Origin: Camelus dromedarius
Lineage: Eukaryota
Assembly (NCBI RefSeq): GCF_036321535.1
Contig: NC_087438.1
Span: 11,162,001 to 11,226,000, forward strand
DNA: 64,000 nucleotides
Direction: 5' to 3'
Shown here piece after piece: positions 26,770 to 39,914 of the stretch. The notes below the pieces were generated by a model, which was not told the DNA's origin, did no database searches, and saw only the letters and a program-made list of their open reading frames with translations. The first letter of the stretch is position 1; every line of letters starts with the position of its first letter. The position numbers and the translations under genes are program-made.

Positions 26770-27455
26770 GAAACGATTATCTGGGGGCCTTCTGTGACTG
26801 ATCCATCTGCCTCACCCTGACTGTCCAACCACAGACTCCTGGTGTTTCTACTGGACTTGCATCTCTCAGAGCTATTCCTCTCCACCCACCACTGCTACTT
26901 TCAGTAGCATCTTTTTAACCAGTCTCACTGCCTCCAGTTTTACCCTTTTCCGTCCAATATCTACACTGCAGCTCAGTCTACTTTACTGCAATCTGATATG
27001 CCCTCAGCTTGTTCAAACCCTTCCAAGGTGCCTCACTGCTCTCTGGATATAGTCCACGTTCCTCCCGGATCTGTGAGACTTCAAGATTGACCACCATCTC
27101 CCACTTCCCTTCATTCTTCCATCGCCTCTGGCCCCGTTAGATTATCCGTGGTTCCCAAATGCTCAGGGTTCTCTTTCACTTCTGGATTCTTCGCTCTGCT
27201 TGGGATGTGCATTCACCATTGTCTAAATTTCCAGATCGCCATCCCCCTCACAGCCTAGTTTGAGCTGGGTGGACCTACGGTGAATTCCGGAGCACCTTGT
27301 CTTTATACCTAGCTTCTGTAGAGACGGCTATGCTTACTGGGTGAGTCTTCCACGGACTGTAAGTATCTTGAGATTAGAGAGGCTGTTGCTCTTACATTCC
27401 CAGCTCCTAATGTCTGCTTATTAAAGCAGGGACCAAATCAATACGTGTTACGTAA
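26770..27455 (+). mobile_element. L2 LINE fragment
   Basis: ccagtctcactgcctccagttt...ctacactgcagctcag...aaacccttccaaggtgcctcactgc. Confidence 0.7.
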
Positions 27456-29628
27456 AGTAATGAGGTGGGTCGCTTTGTTTGGGGAGGTGCTTCTAGCTAA
27501 CCCAACAGTTGTTTTATTGTTGTACTTCCTGCCTCTTTTCCCGTCTATCTTTGCAGCATGAAGACTTCTGTAAAGAAGGCAGATTTTTCATTGTGTGAGT
27601 GAGTCTTGGACCACCCTGACCACAGCTTGCCCTTTTTATTCCCTTTGTGTGTCAAAGACTCGAACCTGGTTTTCCAGGGGCTCACCATCTCCCCGGATCT
27701 GAATGATGGTGACACCATTTTGTCCATAAGTGGCAGCAGGTTGTGATGACTCTCAGTTAAGACTGGGGAATTTTACAGGTCCTGGGGTGAGGCGTGAAAG
27801 TGCAAGTTTCACCTTCTAAAATGGAAAGAATTTCCTTGTTAAGAGCGAGGACAAAGGGGAAGGCTCAGAGTAGCAGAAGGCTTGGGAGTAGACCAGAGCT
27901 GACTCTGGAAGTGTCAGCTTCCCTTTCTGCCTCCACTTGGCAGGGTCAGGAGCTCAATGACATCAGTCTCCTTTGCCCCAGGCCTTGTGATGTGAGTCTT
28001 GAGATTTGTGAGGAATGAGATTGGCCCCGTACTTAGCCATCTGCCTACTGTGGAAGGAGGGCCCCCTGAGGGCCCCTGCACTGAAGGCATCTCAGAGGCT
28101 CATAGAAATATTTAGTGTCGACAGGTGCTCATTGAATGTCTACTGTGTCCGTGATCCGAGGAAACTGCAGCTCAGAGAACCTAAATCCCTTAGCTAGAAA
28201 ATTCTAGAACTTGGACTAGAGTCTAGGTCTTCTCTCTGTTCATCCTCTTCTCCAATTTGATATAGTCCACCTCCAAACTTGATTCTTACTCATTTTTTTA
28301 ATGATGGCACAGGATAACAGAAGAAATTTGGAATCAAATGGACTTGGTTCTGCTCTGGGATGGAATTCAGTTCTCTGAGCTTACAAATAAGATAGTAAGA
28401 CTTGGATCATAAGATTGTTGTGAAGATTAGATTAGATTTTTAATACCAAATCCCTAGCACACCGCCTGACACCATCACAGGTATTTTTTCCTCTTATGTT
28501 TAGAATGCCTAAAATGCACACTATTTAGCCAGTTACGTTCAGGCTACCCACTTAAAACTCCAGTACCCCTGAAAACTTTGTGGTCATGGTGTCTTACTCG
28601 CCCCTGCGGCTTGTTTCGGAGTAGCTGATTTAGAGACCCCAGTCATCAGAGGGAAGACAACATCTGTCTGCCCATCTAGTCCAAGCCCTTAGTCTCTGTT
28701 TTCTTGTTTTCTACGTAGATTAACCTGACATTCACTCCTAACATTTAGCTTAGCTTAACCACATAGAAGGAAAAAAAATTATTAGTGAGAGATTATCTTA
28801 TTATTTGGAGACATTTACAGCTAATACTATGCTTCCTTTGCATTTTAGCCTAGAGCTAAACTTTTATTTGTACTTGACAATGAAATCTCAAAAGAGTGCT
28901 GATGAATGACAGATTCTGGCACAAAACATGCTTATTCAAACACAAGGGCAGTGTCTTCTCCATGATGCTGCTGCATGATTAGCATTTGGTTGAACACTGG
29001 GAAGTATTGAAGGGTAAGCAGTGAAACCAGTCTCCTGTTAGAACAACAATGCAGGCAAACACTGGAAATGTTAGAGCTTTTCAAATGAGAAATCACTGAC
29101 TGAAGGCTAGTTAGCGGCGCTGGAATCCAGCTGGTGAACATTTGCTCATCGTCCTGATGCCTTATGTGGTTCTTCCTCGCTCCCACTCTCCACAGACGCT
29201 TCTGTCACTTGCCTCTCCCTTGGAGATAAGCCGACTTTAGTCTTCCCCTGCTCAGTGTGGAATTCTCATTAAGTTTTCTGGCGCAGAGATTTCGATTAGC
29301 AGTTTATAAACTGATTTTCCCAAGAGTTTTCTAAGAGGTTAAATCGGGAGGAGACAGACATAGAGACTTGCAGGTTTTGTTACTGTTGTTATTTGTTCAA
29401 TTAGAACAAATACTCTTTCTGCTTTTTATTGGAGGTTTGTGAATTTTCCCTCTTTATGCTAAATCTATGTTATTTCTCTACTATGTTTGTGGGCAGCTCA
29501 CTATGACACTGTACGCTATAGAGAACAACTCAGTATGAGTAACTCTATCTTGGGCACCATCTGATGAGATTTAGTTACTCCATGCTGATCACCAATCTTG
29601 CGGCGTCATCCCCAAGAAATGCTTATAA

Positions 29629-29711
29629 TTAGGTCAAACCATGTGAAATGGTTGATTTTGACTGTTGTTTTTTTACCTACAAAAATGGTAATTTTTTCAA
29701 ATAACAGATAA
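29629..29711. mobile_element. MADE2-like mariner MITE (~80 bp)
   Basis: ttaggtcaaaccatgtgaaat...ttttacctacaaaaatggtaattt...taa followed by TA; matches recalled MADE2 layout with degenerate TIRs. Confidence 0.7.
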
Positions 29712-30515
29712 TATTAAAAGTGCAGTCCATTCATTTTTTTTCCTTAAGATAAATTATGTTGTCTGGTGTCTATAATATGTCCTATATATATTAGACACCA
29801 AATATTTATTTGTTGGTGGGCTAATGGGCCTGGTGTTGACCTCAGTGACACTCATTAGGTAGGTTTTAAGGCCTCCATGTCCACCTCTCCACCACACAGT
29901 GGATGTAAAGCATCATGAGGTGGAGATGGCTACACAGGAGGTTTAATGTCTTGGTTGTATACAATGAGGGGACATATACTGGGTCAAGGAGGTCAAGAAT
30001 TTCATCAGGCATTTGAAAAGTAAACAGTTGAAAAGGTTAAAAGTGTATCTGTTCTGATCTTGGGCGGTCAAGCCAGTAAATTTAACAACCACTCTTAGAA
30101 ATGGTGCTTCTAGTCCTGACTTGGTGTTGAGGGAGGTGCACTTTGCATGAAGGCTGAGACAGCTCCTTGGCCACTCACCGGACAGTCTAGATTCCTGATG
30201 CAGGTAATTCAGGGAAAGGGACAGGAGCATGAATTGCTATCCTCAGCTCACACCGGGGATGGAGATTGAATGGTGTAGTGCATCTGTGGGCTCTGCCTTG
30301 GATAATGATGCTGAGGATGGGCTTAAGGGGTCTAAAGAGACTGATGCTGGAGAAGGGGCAGGTGCAAAATAGACTCGCAGGTGGCCTTGGACGTGTTCCA
30401 GAATTCTGGTTTTCAGAAGTTTAGACTGGCCTTTTCCATAATAATCTGGACTGTGACACCCTATATTCCAGCTGCTGCTGACAAAAAATGCTTTTTGTAT
30501 GTTACAAAAGTTCTT

Positions 30516-30604
30516 TATTATTTTTTAATTTTTTAAAATTTTTATTTTTTGAACTTTTTTTATTGAGTTATAGTCATTTTACAATGCTGTGTCAAATTCC
30601 AGTG
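30516..30604 (-). mobile_element. Extremely truncated young camelid L1 3' tip
   Basis: ttttattgagttatagtcattttacaatgctgtgtcaaattccagtg plus T-rich tail; perfect 13-bp TSD tacaaaagttctt at 30503-30515 and 30605-30617. Confidence 0.88.
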
Positions 30605-31384
30605 TACAAAAGTTCTTGATTGCAGTGGAAATGCTGTGTCTCTCCCCTCATGCTCCGTGTCCATCCCCACCGCTAACTTCACTAACTTTGTCAAGCTCCT
30701 GCCTGGATCTGCGCACGTGGAGGGGCGATCTTGGTCAGTCTTTACATGTTAAAAATACACCTGCATGTGAAAAGGAGTCCACTGTGACTTTGTTGTTTTC
30801 ATTTCTGATTCCCTAGAGCATTGTCTAGAAACTAGACCAAAGCAGTAACTTTATCCTGAGGGTGTAGTCTTTTTGCCAGCTGCAGGGTAGGAGAGGCTGT
30901 GATCCCGGGGCAGGTAGGAAGATAGGGATGCCCGTGCAGTGAGAAAGTCCCCATAAAAACAAATTGGTATATCCCCATGATGTCCATAAAAGTCAGTTGC
31001 GATGATTACATTTTACGTGCCAAATGCCTGTAACTGGTAGCAACGTTCCAAGTGGGGAGGGGTCCCTGAAACCTGGAGAAAGCTGTTGTGGGAGAATTGA
31101 TCATGGAGTAGGGTCATATTTAGGAAGGGAAGACATGCTGTTCCAGCTGAGCAAAAGCATTAGAATGAGGCAGGAGGTAGTGCTGCCCGTGGTGAGTTGG
31201 GGAAATTACAGGCAGATCTGAACCGTCAGTACAGGGACAGAACCATGTAGAAAGAAAGATCTAGTCTGATTCTTTGAACAGATTATTACTACCAAATAAA
31301 TTGCTTGGACAAAGTGCTGATCTAGAACCTTGATTTTGAAGTGTTATGCAATTGTATTAATTTACACTTTCAGAACAGTATTAA

Positions 31385-31582
31385 TTGGTCACATTTACTG
31401 AGCGCTTACTCTGTGCCAAGTGTAGAACTAGATGCTTTATATACATTAATTCACGGAAGACCCAGCGCTCTGGGACCCCATTTTATAAATAAGGAAACTA
31501 AGACAGAGAGTTAAGTATCATTTCAAAGTCAAGGAGGTGATAAGTGACAAGGAATTCAAATCCAAGTGCACTGATTCCAGCA
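31385..31582 (-). mobile_element. MIR SINE
   Basis: acatttactgagcgcttactctgtgccaag...ccccattttataaataaggaaactaagacagagagttaagt. Confidence 0.85.
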
Positions 31583-32846
31583 TTTGGGCTTTTCCCCAAG
31601 AGGCTGTAATAAATATCTAAGGATACAATGTAGTGTGGTGACGGAGGTCACTGATGCCTGGTGCTTTCACCTACAAGCCTTGGGAAGGATACACAATCTA
31701 TGCCTTAGTTTTCTCACGTGGACCAGTGGGATAGTAACATGGGTCCTATCTCATGGGATGGCCATGAGGATTTGGTGGAATAACCAGACGGCAGACCATG
31801 CTCAGTAGGGACTGGATGCTATGAGAGCTTGGGGAGCATCTCAGCCCTAACCTTGCATGACAGAAGAAAGAGCGGAGGCTCAGTGATATTAAGTGGTTTG
31901 TTGAGATACAAAGTTGGGATTAGAATGAAACGCTTGTCTGTGAGAACAGGGGCTCTTGTCTCAACAGCATAAAACCCGCTAAATCAGGATGTATGGTCAT
32001 GCCAATATGGGCTGAGGGTTGCTTTTGAAATAACTAAGACAGATGCATGTTAAAGTAATTTCTGGTGCTTGTGGATAGATAAATCATTTCATTTTGTGTA
32101 GTGTGAAAATGTGTGTGTGGCGAGAGAGCTTGTTTTGTTTTTTTAATTAGATAACTAAGTCTACAGAAGGAGTTATTAATTCTTCACGTCTGTATTTTTA
32201 AATATGTTTCTTCCCAAACTAAAATAAAGATGGATGTCAACTTTCGGATACGAAATTTTACATACTATATATCGCTATTCCTAATCCATCTTTTGTATGC
32301 TGAATTTATTCCACAACATACAAGCTGTCTCAGTGATTATTCATTTTTTTCTAATCCCATTCTGATGGCCCTCTTTGGTTTCAGAGACACCATGAAATCA
32401 GGCTCCAGGGGTGAGGTCATTCCCTCTGCTGCCCTGGCGTCCCTCCCCGTCCTGTGGCTGGAGAGGGCTGGGCTGGATGTGAGCAAAGCTGGTGAGGCTG
32501 AATACCTGACTTCTGTTGTGGCACAGGGGGAAGGCAGATTGACCAGACTCCCATTCGAGATGCCGATTAAGTTCCATACAGAGATGAGAATGCCGGGGGC
32601 TGCCCTAGGAAATGCCCAGGCTTTGGTACCAGTGTCTACTCAAGTGTGTCATCTCCAGGGTCTTACTCCCCTCTCTCTCCCCCAGTGAGAAGAGGACACT
32701 TCCTCTCAGCGTCTACCCTTTCTCCCTACTCCATCCCAAGGCTTTCATCCACTAAGTAGGATCAGAAGGGCAGTGCTTCCGTGGACCAGAATAAGAGAAT
32801 GATCTACTCCCAACCCCCAGCAGTCTGGGTACAGAATTCCTTCTAA

Positions 32847-33008
32847 CAGGACCAGCTCTGTGAGTTTTCTGCCCAGTGTTCAAAAGGGCTCCATGCTTGG
32901 TTTAGTGTTCTGCTGTTGCCCTCTTGAAATTCTTAATTGTTTCTTAATAAGGGCTCCACATTTTTGTTTTGCTCTGGGGCCCACAGATTAAACAGACAGC
33001 CATTCCTG
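32847..33008 (+). mobile_element. MER91A-like hAT-Tip100 MITE
   Basis: gcttggtttagtgttctgctgttgccctcttgaaattcttaat...gggctccacatttttgttttgctctggggccc; termini cagg...cctg. Confidence 0.8.
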
Positions 33009-33059
33009 CCCCCTAACAACATGGTCTGCTCCTTGACTTGCATGTGTTTACTTTCAAAG

Positions 33060-33960
33060 ACAAGTTCCAGGATACATTAGGTAAGAAGGCAGCGGACTGC
33101 TTATGTTAATTTAAGGAGACGTGGAATTGCTGGGATAAAAGGATGTAAATCATATCAAGGCTTTTGATGTGCCTGTTTCCAGACACTTTAAAGTGCTTGT
33201 ATCTATTTATTCTTGCAGCCGTGCATTGGATTTCCCCACCAAAACAAACCATTTTGCAAATGTGTGGATTGTAAGTGGCATCTTCTTGTTTTGTTTTGCC
33301 TTTCTTTATGAGTGAGTTAGCCTGTGTTTCCAGTTCTGTTACAGCATCTGTGTTTCTTCTTTGGTGAATAGCCTATTGTGGCTCATATTCTAGTCTTAGG
33401 GTCTTTCAAGTGATGCCTGTGAGTTCTTTGGACAATAAAGACAGTTGCCCCTTGTGATTTTTTTTTTTTTCTCCTTAAAGGGTTGTTCGGCTTCGATTAC
33501 ATTTGTTGCTATTTGTTTATTTTTGTTATATAGAAATCTAAGATTTTTTTCATGGTTGAATCTTTTGATAATTTTCTTGGCACTTTCTATTGTTAGTTTT
33601 AGGTTAATAGACTTCTGCCTTCTAGACATTCGATAAATATTTAGTTCTGTTTTCTTTTGAATTTGTGTATTTTGAATTTTATACTTTATTTTTGAGTATG
33701 ATGAAGATATGATTTTTTAAAAAAAATAGATACCTAATTGTCCCAGTATCAGTTGTTAATTTTTCCCTTTTCACTGACATTCAGGGTTACCTTTCTGTCT
33801 TCACTGTTTACATATGAATTTATCTCTGGGCTCTCCATTCTGCTTCACTGGAGTTTCTGTCCTATCTGTAGCACCCTGACTTAACTGATGTACCTTTATA
33901 TGCCATGAATGGTGTAGGACTGGTCCATTTCAATCTTCTTGCAATTTTGGTGCACATTTA
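33060..33960 (-). mobile_element. Old L1ME fragment
   Basis: ggaattgctgggataaaagg...tgggctctccattctgcttcactgg, degenerate antisense L1 ORF2. Confidence 0.6.
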
Positions 33961-34529
33961 ATGATTACTATGTCCAAGTGGTAAAATAAAAGCATAATCA
34001 ACTTGCCCTCAAAAACATCGCACTATGCAAACAACATTGAAATGAATCAGCATTGTTTCCTTTCTGTCAAATATTGTAAATATATGAAACCTTCTTTTGA
34101 TGGCAACTACTGTGGTAAATCAAAGCACAGACTCAGGAGTTAAGATTAAGTGCCAGGGTCTCCAGGCACTTGCCAGCCTTCGAAAGTAAGAATAAAATGG
34201 GGACTTTTCAAAAAAAAAAAAAAAAGCGTCTCCTCCTCCTCCTTCTAGCTAGCTTTATTTTCTGGTCTGTTTCTGTATCTGCTTTTCTCTTAACCACTAT
34301 CAGATTTCTACTTGGAAATAAATTACTTTAAGTAGTTTGTCCTATGAATTTAAAGTATACAAGTGGCATTTCTCTCAGGCGTTCAACATTCAGGCTCTTT
34401 ACTAAATCATTGTTTCCTATTGATAATCTGTGTTGTTTATTTTTCTGTATTTGAAGATACAAGTTTTGTCATTTGAATAAAGTAAACAGGCAAAGTCTGT
34501 GTTTACTTGATAACTATTACCTTGTTCAT

Positions 34530-34830
34530 TCAACAAGTCTTTATTGAGTGTCTACAAGCAGCTGGTCCTGTGGGCAGCAGTGATCTCGACAGACAGAGTC
34601 CTTTTCTGGGGACCCTCAGAGTGCATTCCAGGAGGAGAGCAGTGGCTTTGTGTCCTTGAGTCTTATGGGCCATAAAAGAAAGATTGGCTTAAGCCAGAAC
34701 CCAACAGGAAACTGTTAGGGGGTTTTAAACTGGGCTGGTGACATGATCTGGTGATGTATCAGTGTTGGTGACATTTGGGAAGGATGGAGTGATGGGGTAG
34801 AGGGGTGACAAAGGCAGGGGGAATACACAT
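34530..34830 (-). mobile_element. L2 fragment
   Basis: ttcattcaacaagtctttattgagtgtctac (antisense L2 3' end). Confidence 0.7.
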
Positions 34831-34990
34831 AGGCCAAAATATTTAATTCCATCTCTTTATTATAAAAGATAGAAATCTTGAGGCAGGCAAGATTTTTCTG
34901 GGTGTCTCAAACCATACATCTGAAAACACTTCCCTAGATAGAGTCACATTGAGACAAAACATCATCACAAATGCCTAAAATTTTTACTTC

Positions 34991-35823
34991 TTTTTTTTTT
35001 TTTTTACATTGAAGTACAGTCAGTTATGATGTGTCAGTTTCTGGTGTACAGCACAATGTCCCAGTCATGCATATACATACATATATTCATTTTCATAATC
35101 TTTTCTGTTAAAGGTTATTACAAGATATTGAATATAGTTCCCTGTGCTATACAGAAGAAATTTTTTTTAAAATCTATTTTATATATAGTGGGTAACATTT
35201 GCAAATCTCAAAATGGGCAGAAGACCTAAACAAGCAATTCTCCAATGAAGACATATAAATGGCCAATAGGCACATGAAAAAATGCTCAATATTGCTAATT
35301 AGCAAAGAAATACAAATAAAAACTACAATGAGGTATCACCTTACAACCAGTCAGAATGGCCATCATTCAAAACTCCATGAATGACAAATGCTGGAGAGGC
35401 TGTGGAGAAAAGGGAACCCTCCTACAATGCTAGTGGGAATGCAATTTGGTGCAACTGTTATGGAAAACACTATGGAGATTCCTCAAAAAACTAAAAATAG
35501 ACTACCATCTGATCCACCAGTCCCACTCCTGGGCATATATCTGGAGGGAGCTCTAATTGGAAAATATACATGCACCCCAATGTTCAAATCAGCACTATTT
35601 ACAATAGCCAAGACATGGAAGCAACCTAAATGTCCATCGACAGATGACTGGATAAAGAAGATGTGGTATATTTATACAATGGAATACTACTCAGTCATTA
35701 AAAAGAATAAGATAATGCCATTTGCAGCAACATGGATGGACCTAGAAATCATCATTCTAAGTGAAGTAAGCCAGAAAGAGAAAGGAAAATACCATGTGAT
35801 ATCACTCATATGCGGAATCTAAA
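34991..35823 (-). mobile_element. Young camelid L1 with 5' inversion (twin priming)
   Basis: Poly(T) plus antisense 3' UTR at 34991-35212 joined to sense ORF2 C-terminal sequence at 35211-35823 (KTWKQPKCPSTDDWIKKMWYIYTMEYYS...); imperfect TSD aaa(t)nactt(t)ct on both sides. Confidence 0.92.
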
Positions 35824-36869
35824 TTTTTTTTACTTTCTATTTCTGTGAGTTAAAGCCCTGTAAATGGCATTTCAGTAAAGTCTTTATGGACATACATCGT
35901 AAGCACACCCTAGAATCTGAGCTCACAAAATGTATTCATCCAATGCAGCTCGATTTTTGGGATGCGTATAGTAATTTTCCAAGAAGGTGACTGAAGAGGG
36001 CCTGGAGTTGAGAAAGACATTGATGCATAGCCTGAAACGTTAGATGCCTGTGACCTGGTCTTCCTTCAGACAAAATGGGATAGTCAGAATGTCAGTGCCA
36101 CCTTCATGGATGAAACAATGCCTTTTTGCTAGAAGAGTCTGGGAAAAGCATCCTAGGGGATTTTATAGTTATTAACCAAGTATCTGTTAATCAAGGATGA
36201 GAATGAGGAGAGAAGCAGCAGCTATTGGTGGAGTATTTGATCTCTTCTGGCTAAAAGGCAAAGCTATTATATTTTCAAAAGGGAGGAGAGATTAGCTCCT
36301 AAGTTGCTATATTCAAGAACTATTCCAGTTTCAGGCAAGATTTATTTTGCTTAATGTATCTTGTTTTATGGAAGCCAGACCTTTCCCTTCACTGGCCTCT
36401 GCAAACCTTAAGTTAGGTTATGACCCCAATTTATATGATAAAAGGGCTGTAAATGCAAAATTTAGGGAGAGCGATTCTTTTTAATGCATAAAGCTTTGAA
36501 AAATACAACATAGATTATAGGTGGAAGCTGAATTAAAGTTGTTAAAAGAAGAAAGACCTACCAAGTCATCTGTTCATTGCCCAGAGCAAATTAAACTATT
36601 TTCCAGAGTCTGGGAGCCTTATCAGATTTATCATGTGCTGTATATACAGATTCTTATTTTTACTTGGTTGTGTGTGTGTTTTTTTAAACATTGCCATTCA
36701 TCACTGTTAAAATTATTACTTTAAACTTATTTCACCTTTCACAGAGTCAGTCTCTACAGGAAGAAAGTGCTGCTTTCACATGGAAAAAGTATCTTACCTT
36801 TAGGATGAATTTTGTTCCCTTGAATTCTAAGTTGTATCTTTGTTAAGCATACGTTTCTGCAGCTGCAAC

Positions 36870-37322
36870 ATTCATCACCAGGTGCAGCAGACAGAACTCT
36901 TCCTTTGTCCTTTATTAGTTCACAAAACAGAAATCCAGTAGCAGAGTGGGGGTCAGGACCAGTTTGAACTGGGGTATGTGTTGGTGATGTTCATCTGATT
37001 TCTTTCTGCCTTTCGGCTTTTCTGTGTGTGTCTTCATGGAAGGGTGGACTCTCCTTTTTATGCAGTGTGGCTGCTAACAACTCCCAGGGTATTATCCAGA
37101 GACAGTGAGAGAGCGTCTTTTCCCTACCATCGAACAACTTTGGCCATTTAACTGCCCCTCTCTTCTGCCTGGTCAGTCACGGGGCAGTGAGGATGGGCTC
37201 GTGTTGATAGGCTTAGGACGGGCAGCACTCTCTGCTGGAGCTGGAGGTGAATTCGCTGTCACCCAACCATGAGAGAGCCACACAAAGTCAGGGGGATGGG
37301 ATGGACAGGACAATCACTGCAC
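36870..37322 (-). mobile_element. Old MLT1 (MLT1K/L-like) LTR
   Basis: Degenerate motifs tggctgctaacaactcc, gtgttgataggcttagg, ggagctggaggtg. Confidence 0.5.
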
Positions 37323-39473
37323 TCAGCGCACTGCTTTAGTTTCTCCTTCCTTTGAGTTCTGCTTTAGGAGGACTGCGGCTCTCTGTGAGGTCCTCTGTTG
37401 CTGCCATTCATATTTTCTCAGTTGCTTTGTGCTCAGAGATGCCTGTTGGCAGGGATGATTACCTCTACTCCTATGAAATAGAATTGTGGCTTCCCACTGT
37501 TGTTCCATGGAGACCTTCTCCCAACCCAAGGAGAGTAGACGAGATAAAGGAGAATAGTGATACTGTTAGGGAGCATGGCAGGTAATAACATTGGGTCTTT
37601 CATTTGGGGGAGTGCTAAGATCACATTGGACAGGCAAGGTCAGAAGTCACACGCCCACAGAGAAGACACAGCTGTGTCAGCAAAATAATCCAGCTGTGAT
37701 CTGGTGACGCAAATATGTGTGTACGTGCATATACATTTGTGTATGTATACATGTATTTCATTAATGCCAGGCATTTATTTATATACGTTTAACTTCCGTT
37801 CAGTAGAGGAAGGAGGAAATTAGTTAACAACTCCATCTCGTCCACTTGAGCTTTAACTCTTAGGATCTTGGTTTGTGGTTGTAAAGCAGGTTGTAGTATT
37901 GCTAGCGGGTTGATAACTTTTTGAGTCAAGGAGGAGTAAAGAATCTAAGAGTGGAAAGGAATCTTGAAGATGAACTCCTCCAAAGTCTTTCTCCCCAGTC
38001 AGGTGCCAGCATTGATTGTCTTGAGTCTCATGAAAAGTCTTGAGTAGCTTCCTCAGGGCTTCTCAGCTGGTCAGGGAGAAAACGTGGATCCAAGCTATGA
38101 ATTCTGGTTTCTTAAGTGTTTTCTTAACAGTATTTAGTGCCTGTGTCTTCTCTGTGATAAGAAGCTTGTTTTTTGTACTCTTTGCCAAGCAGGGCTGGTT
38201 TGAATCTTTTGTAGTTCCCTTATGCAGAATTTTGACAATAGCATTTTGCCCACAACTCCTTCTTAAATGGGCCATGTGGGATGGGAAACATAGTAAGATT
38301 CTAAGATTGTCTTGTGTTAATAAGATTTAAGATCTGAAAGACATGGCTCTTTTTTTTCCCTTTCACTGTTGGTTGACTTATTGCTTGTATATACAAAAAG
38401 GAGCGTCAATGCTTTTTAAGAATTTAGTATTCAGACTTTCCACTTATTTGTATAGGTTGTCACTGATAAACATACTTTGTATAAAATCCCTGAGTCAGTG
38501 ATTGGCTGTAGGATACAAAGGTCTGTAACTATCAGACATAGACTAGGTTTGAAGCCACAAAATGTTGCTGCCTGTCCCTTCATGACACTCAGTGTTGAAA
38601 GGTGAAGTTGGTGATTTCTACACTCTTTCCCTGCCCTCAGGATCCTGCGGTAAAGTAACCTCTATCACCAAGATGGCTTGATCACGGAACTGTGTCGAAC
38701 ATGGTGTCTGGCACATGGGGTGTTGGATGAATGAGTGAGTGAATCGGAAGAGGCAGTTGTGACTTTATTGACATCAGAGGCTCTTGATGCCAGCAGTGAG
38801 CACGTGGCTTTGAACTTGCCCTCGGATCCTGCTGGAACCACCTTGAACTTCAGAAAGAACTCTTGTCCTTCCCTGTCCGTCTGGATTAAGCAAGGTGTGG
38901 TCTTGGGCCACCGCAGCCCCTTGGAACTTTGGAGGAAAATCACTGCTGCAAATTGAAGTGATATTGTTATGAGCATAAAACTGTCTTTTGAATGACTTCA
39001 AGTACAAAGAGAATTTTCGTGCTGATGCACTGATCCTGTAGCCCATCCATGGTCTGAACCTCCCGTTACTCTGCTCAGAACCCAGCTGTGAAGCACCATC
39101 TGTCCGCAGCAGAGCAGCGTCTGTCCTGGTGTCAGCTGACATCTGGGTTAAGTCTTACAGAATTGCCTGAAGGCCCTTAGGTGGGTGTGAGCCGCCGGGA
39201 GCAGGCTCCGCCTTGGTGCGTCTAGTGAAATATTACCTGGCCTTTTCAGCGTAATACCACCCATGATGGTATGCCGAGGGCTTGCTTTTTCACGTGCTGG
39301 AAGACTCTTTTAGGACTTCTGCATCCATGATGCATTAAATCTTCCGGCTGATCTTTATTTTCCCTCATAATAATACTGCCATGCGAGGAGACTTGAGTAG
39401 ATGCTCCTATGATAGACTCAGGGTAGGATTTTCTGCTTTCTGTTCGATTCTGCAGAAAACGGTGTTGGAGAAT

Positions 39474-39914
39474 CCACTGGGTTGAACAGTGTCCTCCCCC
39501 ATCCTTTCCAATTCATGCCCTTCCTGAAACATCAGAACGTGACCTTGTTTGGAAATAGGGTTGCTGCAGATGTAATTAAGATGAGGGCACCCTGGACTAG
39601 AGTGGGCCCTTAATTCGAAAAGGCTGGCATCCTTGTAGGAAGGGGTACAGAGGCACACAGAGGGAAGCCGGCCATGTGATGGCCGGCAGAGACTGGAGGG
39701 TCCCGCTCCCACAAACCAAGGAATGCCGAGGCTTGCTGGCAACTGCCCGAAGCCAGGAGAGAGGCATGGAACAGGTTCTCCCTGGAGCCCTTAGAGGCAG
39801 CAGGGCTACCTGCTCGCACCTTGATTTCAGACTTGTAGCTTCCAAGCCTGTGAGACTATTTTAAGCCATCTAGCTAGTGGTCATCTGTTATAGCAGCCCC
39901 AGAAAACGAATGCA
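39474..39914 (+). mobile_element. MLT1B/MLT1C-like MaLR solo LTR
   Basis: gggttgaacagtgtcc...cagaacgtgaccttgtttggaaatagggttgctgcagatgtaatt...ccttgatttcagactt...tgttatagcagccccagaaaacgaatgca. Confidence 0.9.

Noticed and set aside
35388..35822. 144-aa ORF
   Set aside because: C-terminal fragment of L1 ORF2p in a truncated, inverted copy; not a host gene.
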